NCBI GenBank assembly: GCA_001804885.1
Contig: MHBM01000050.1
Location: 1 to 60,477, forward strand
Direction of reading: 5' to 3'
DNA: 60,477 nt
DNA from: Lentisphaerae bacterium RIFOXYA12_FULL_48_11
GTDB lineage: Bacteria > Verrucomicrobiota > Kiritimatiellia > UBA8416 > YA12-FULL-48-11
The translations under genes and the position numbers were made by a program. Positions 58,271 through 60,477 of this stretch are shown in pieces (position 1 is the stretch's first letter; the number at the start of each line of letters is the position of its first letter). Below the pieces are notes generated by a model. That model was not told where the DNA came from, searched no databases, and saw nothing but the letters and a program-made list of their open reading frames with translations.

Positions 58271-59167
58271 ATGGCCATTGCTTCTGATTTCCTGACTCCC
58301 GCTGATCTGCAGAAGATTTCCAACCTGCAGGTCCTCGCCCGTCTTGTTGTGGAAGGATTCTGTTCCGGACTGCACACATCTCCGCACAAGGGTTTCAGCG
58401 TGGAGTTTCGCGAACACCGCCAGTATGTTACCGGCGATGAGATCAGGCGGCTCGACTGGAAGGTTTACGGGAAAACAGACCGTCTTTACATCAGGGAATA
58501 CGAAGAAGAGACAAACCTTCGCGCCACACTCCTCGTGGATGCCAGCGGTTCAATGGCTTATGCCGGCAAGGGTATAAGCAAGTATGCCTACGCCGTACGG
58601 CTTGCGGCGTGCCTTTCCTACCTGATGCTGCGTCAACAGGACAGCGTCGGGCTGGTGACTTTTGACAAGAAAGTACGCGAATATATCCCCCCGCGTTCGC
58701 GTCCAAGCCATTTGCGCGTACTGCTCGATACGCTCCAGAACACCAAAACGGGTGGTGAAACTGAACTGGCAAAGGTATTTCACAATCTTGTTCCAAAGAT
58801 TCATCGCCGCGGCCTTTTGATAATTCTTTCCGACTGTTTTGGCAGCGTCACTGAACTGATGTCGGCACTGGCGCATTTCAGGCATGCCCATCATGAGATA
58901 ATCATCTTTCAGATATGGGACAGGGATGAGCTGGAATTTCCATTCCGGCAGTGGACCCGTTTCGACTCGCTGGAAACGGATGAGGACAAGCGGCTGATTG
59001 ATCCGGTTGCGGTCAGGGCGGCATACATGGAGAGTTTGGACAAATTCCGTTTGGACCTCAAGAACGGATGTCACCGCCATCGCATAGACCTGGTTCCTGT
59101 TGTCACCGACACACCGTATGCCGAGACGCTTGCTTATTACCTTGCGAGGAGGAAAAAGCAGGTATGA
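58271..59167 (+). CDS. DUF58 protein
   Basis: [35 protein letters not shown]. Confidence 0.95.
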   Translation: MAIASDFLTPADLQKISNLQVLARLVVEGFCSGLHTSPHKGFSVEFREHRQYVTGDEIRRLDWKVYGKTDRLYIREYEEETNLRATLLVDASGSMAYAGKGISKYAYAVRLAACLSYLMLRQQDSVGLVTFDKKVREYIPPRSRPSHLRVLLDTLQNTKTGGETELAKVFHNLVPKIHRRGLLIILSDCFGSVTELMSALAHFRHAHHEIIIFQIWDRDELEFPFRQWTRFDSLETDEDKRLIDPVAVRAAYMESLDKFRLDLKNGCHRHRIDLVPVVTDTPYAETLAYYLARRKKQV

Positions 59168-60477
59168 GTTTTCTTAATATCATCCTCCTTGGCGGAATAG
59201 CGGCAGCGAGCATTCCGCTGATCATTCACCTTTTCCATCGCAGTCATTTCAAGGTGATCCAGTGGGGAGCAATGCATCTTCTTGAGCCCCTGCAGCGTAC
59301 CCAGAAGAGCCGGCTCAGAATCGAGCAACTGCTTCTCCTGCTTATCCGCTGTGCAATACCGGCAGCACTTGCCTTATGCATGGCGCGGCCTGTTCTGACG
59401 GGAATGCGTGCCCTGCTTGGTAATGCCAAGACATCTGTTGTCATTGCGCTGGACAACAGTTACTCGATGGGGGTAGGCGCCTCGGACCGTACCTCATTTA
59501 CTCAGGCGCGTGATGCCGCGAGCCAGATCATCCGCGACCTGGCCCGCGGCTCGGAACTTTCTGTTGTTCTTATGGGCGGCATACCCCGTCCCCTTCTTGA
59601 TGAACCTACTTTCAATACCGAGCGGGCAATAAGAGAGCTTGGCAAACTTCAGACTGGTTACGGTGCGGCTGTTGTGCCGGCATCTCTCGAACTTAGCCTG
59701 GGTACACTCGGGAAAATGCATGAGGTTCAGCGCGAGTTGATAGTAATCAGCGATTTCCAGAGGATCAGCTGGCTGGATACTGAGGATGGCGAACGGGCCC
59801 GTGCGGCACACCTTCTGAAAAACATGCCGGTTCCGCCGGTCGTTACATTCATCCATGCCGGCCAGGAAGAGCGCAACAATGTAAGTGTGCAATCCCTGGA
59901 TTTTTCACGTTTCATGCTGGGTGTTGGCCAGCCTTTCCAGGTACGTGCTCATCTGAAGAATCACGGTGTTACGCGTTATCCTAACCTTCGCGTTTATTTC
60001 CGCGTGGATGGTGTCGAAAAGGCTGTCTCACAGATTGAACTGGGCGCAAATGAATCGGGCCAGGTTCTGTTTACGCATGCTTTTGACAAGGCCGGCTCGC
60101 ACGTCATTTCGGTTGATACCGATGCTCCTGATGTCCTGAAGTCCGACAATACTATTCTGGCAGCAGTCCCTGCATGGGACAAACTGCCGGTGCTGCTTGT
60201 GAATGGAAACCCCGGCCGTGAGCCGCTCGAAGGGGAAACTGATTTTCTCGAGATTGCCCTGCAACCCTACAACGCAACAAAAGGCACTCTCGCCGACCTC
60301 ATTTCAACACGCGTTGTCAACAAGGACCAGGTTGACGCAAATTGTCTGAAGGATGTCCGCGTTGCTGTTCTTGCAAATGTTCAGCAGCTTCACGATCACC
60401 AGGTGCATGCACTTGAAGAATTTGTACGTAATGGCGGTGGTTTAATAGTTTTCCCCGGTAATCGTCTCAACACCACA
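59164..60477 (+). CDS. 3'-partial BatA-domain / vWA membrane protein
   Basis: Not in the ORF track because it runs off the window. [19 protein letters not shown] BatA-like start, MARP, vWA MIDAS-like [11 protein letters not shown]. Confidence 0.9.
   Translation, partial: MSFLNIILLGGIAAASIPLIIHLFHRSHFKVIQWGAMHLLEPLQRTQKSRLRIEQLLLLLIRCAIPAALALCMARPVLTGMRALLGNAKTSVVIALDNSYSMGVGASDRTSFTQARDAASQIIRDLARGSELSVVLMGGIPRPLLDEPTFNTERAIRELGKLQTGYGAAVVPASLELSLGTLGKMHEVQRELIVISDFQRISWLDTEDGERARAAHLLKNMPVPPVVTFIHAGQEERNNVSVQSLDFSRFMLGVGQPFQVRAHLKNHGVTRYPNLRVYFRVDGVEKAVSQIELGANESGQVLFTHAFDKAGSHVISVDTDAPDVLKSDNTILAAVPAWDKLPVLLVNGNPGREPLEGETDFLEIALQPYNATKGTLADLISTRVVNKDQVDANCLKDVRVAVLANVQQLHDHQVHALEEFVRNGGGLIVFPGNRLNTT

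Noticed and set aside
57696-58379. 227-aa minus-strand ORF, and similar ORFs within moxR/DUF58/BatA
   Set aside because: Antisense to conserved genes; no recognisable family.

Overview
Bacterial chromosomal window. The secreted-protein style (D-x-D-x-D-G repeats, EYIAGTDP-type C-terminal domain) suggests a PVC-superphylum, Kiritimatiellota/Lentisphaerota-like host; this is inference only. Layout: (1) 1-6.3 kb, three large secreted proteins (papain-like C1 peptidase, beta-helix protein, C10 peptidase). (2) 6.5-9.7 kb, an AAA_14/DUF4143 ATPase, a PIN toxin-antitoxin pair and dense short palindromic repeats. (3) 9.8-40.1 kb, a ~30 kb glycan biosynthesis/modification locus: a Maf/CgeB-like TPR glycosyltransferase, four methyltransferases, three radical SAM enzymes, two DUF115/CstII-like transferases, GT2, GT9, and a CMP-sugar-acid module with no synthase in the window. 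It is interrupted by an ATPase plus AbiE block bracketed by duplicated gene remnants. (4) 40.3-50.9 kb, an accessory island of TA pairs, two more DUF4143 ATPases, repeat-delimited cassettes, tRNA-Ala(CGC) and a 1.5 kb integrase-less Fic islet. (5) 51-60.5 kb, a caspase / twin beta-barrel / DUF4384 / CHASE2-cyclase cluster and a MoxR-DUF58-vWA operon. Most notable: intergenic palindromic repeats inserted in frame inside enzymes, one ~80-aa Rossmann-like module reused in eight glycan-locus genes, and an array of att-arm-like repeats delimiting single-gene cassettes beside tRNA-Ala. All family assignments come from motif recognition by eye, not database searches.
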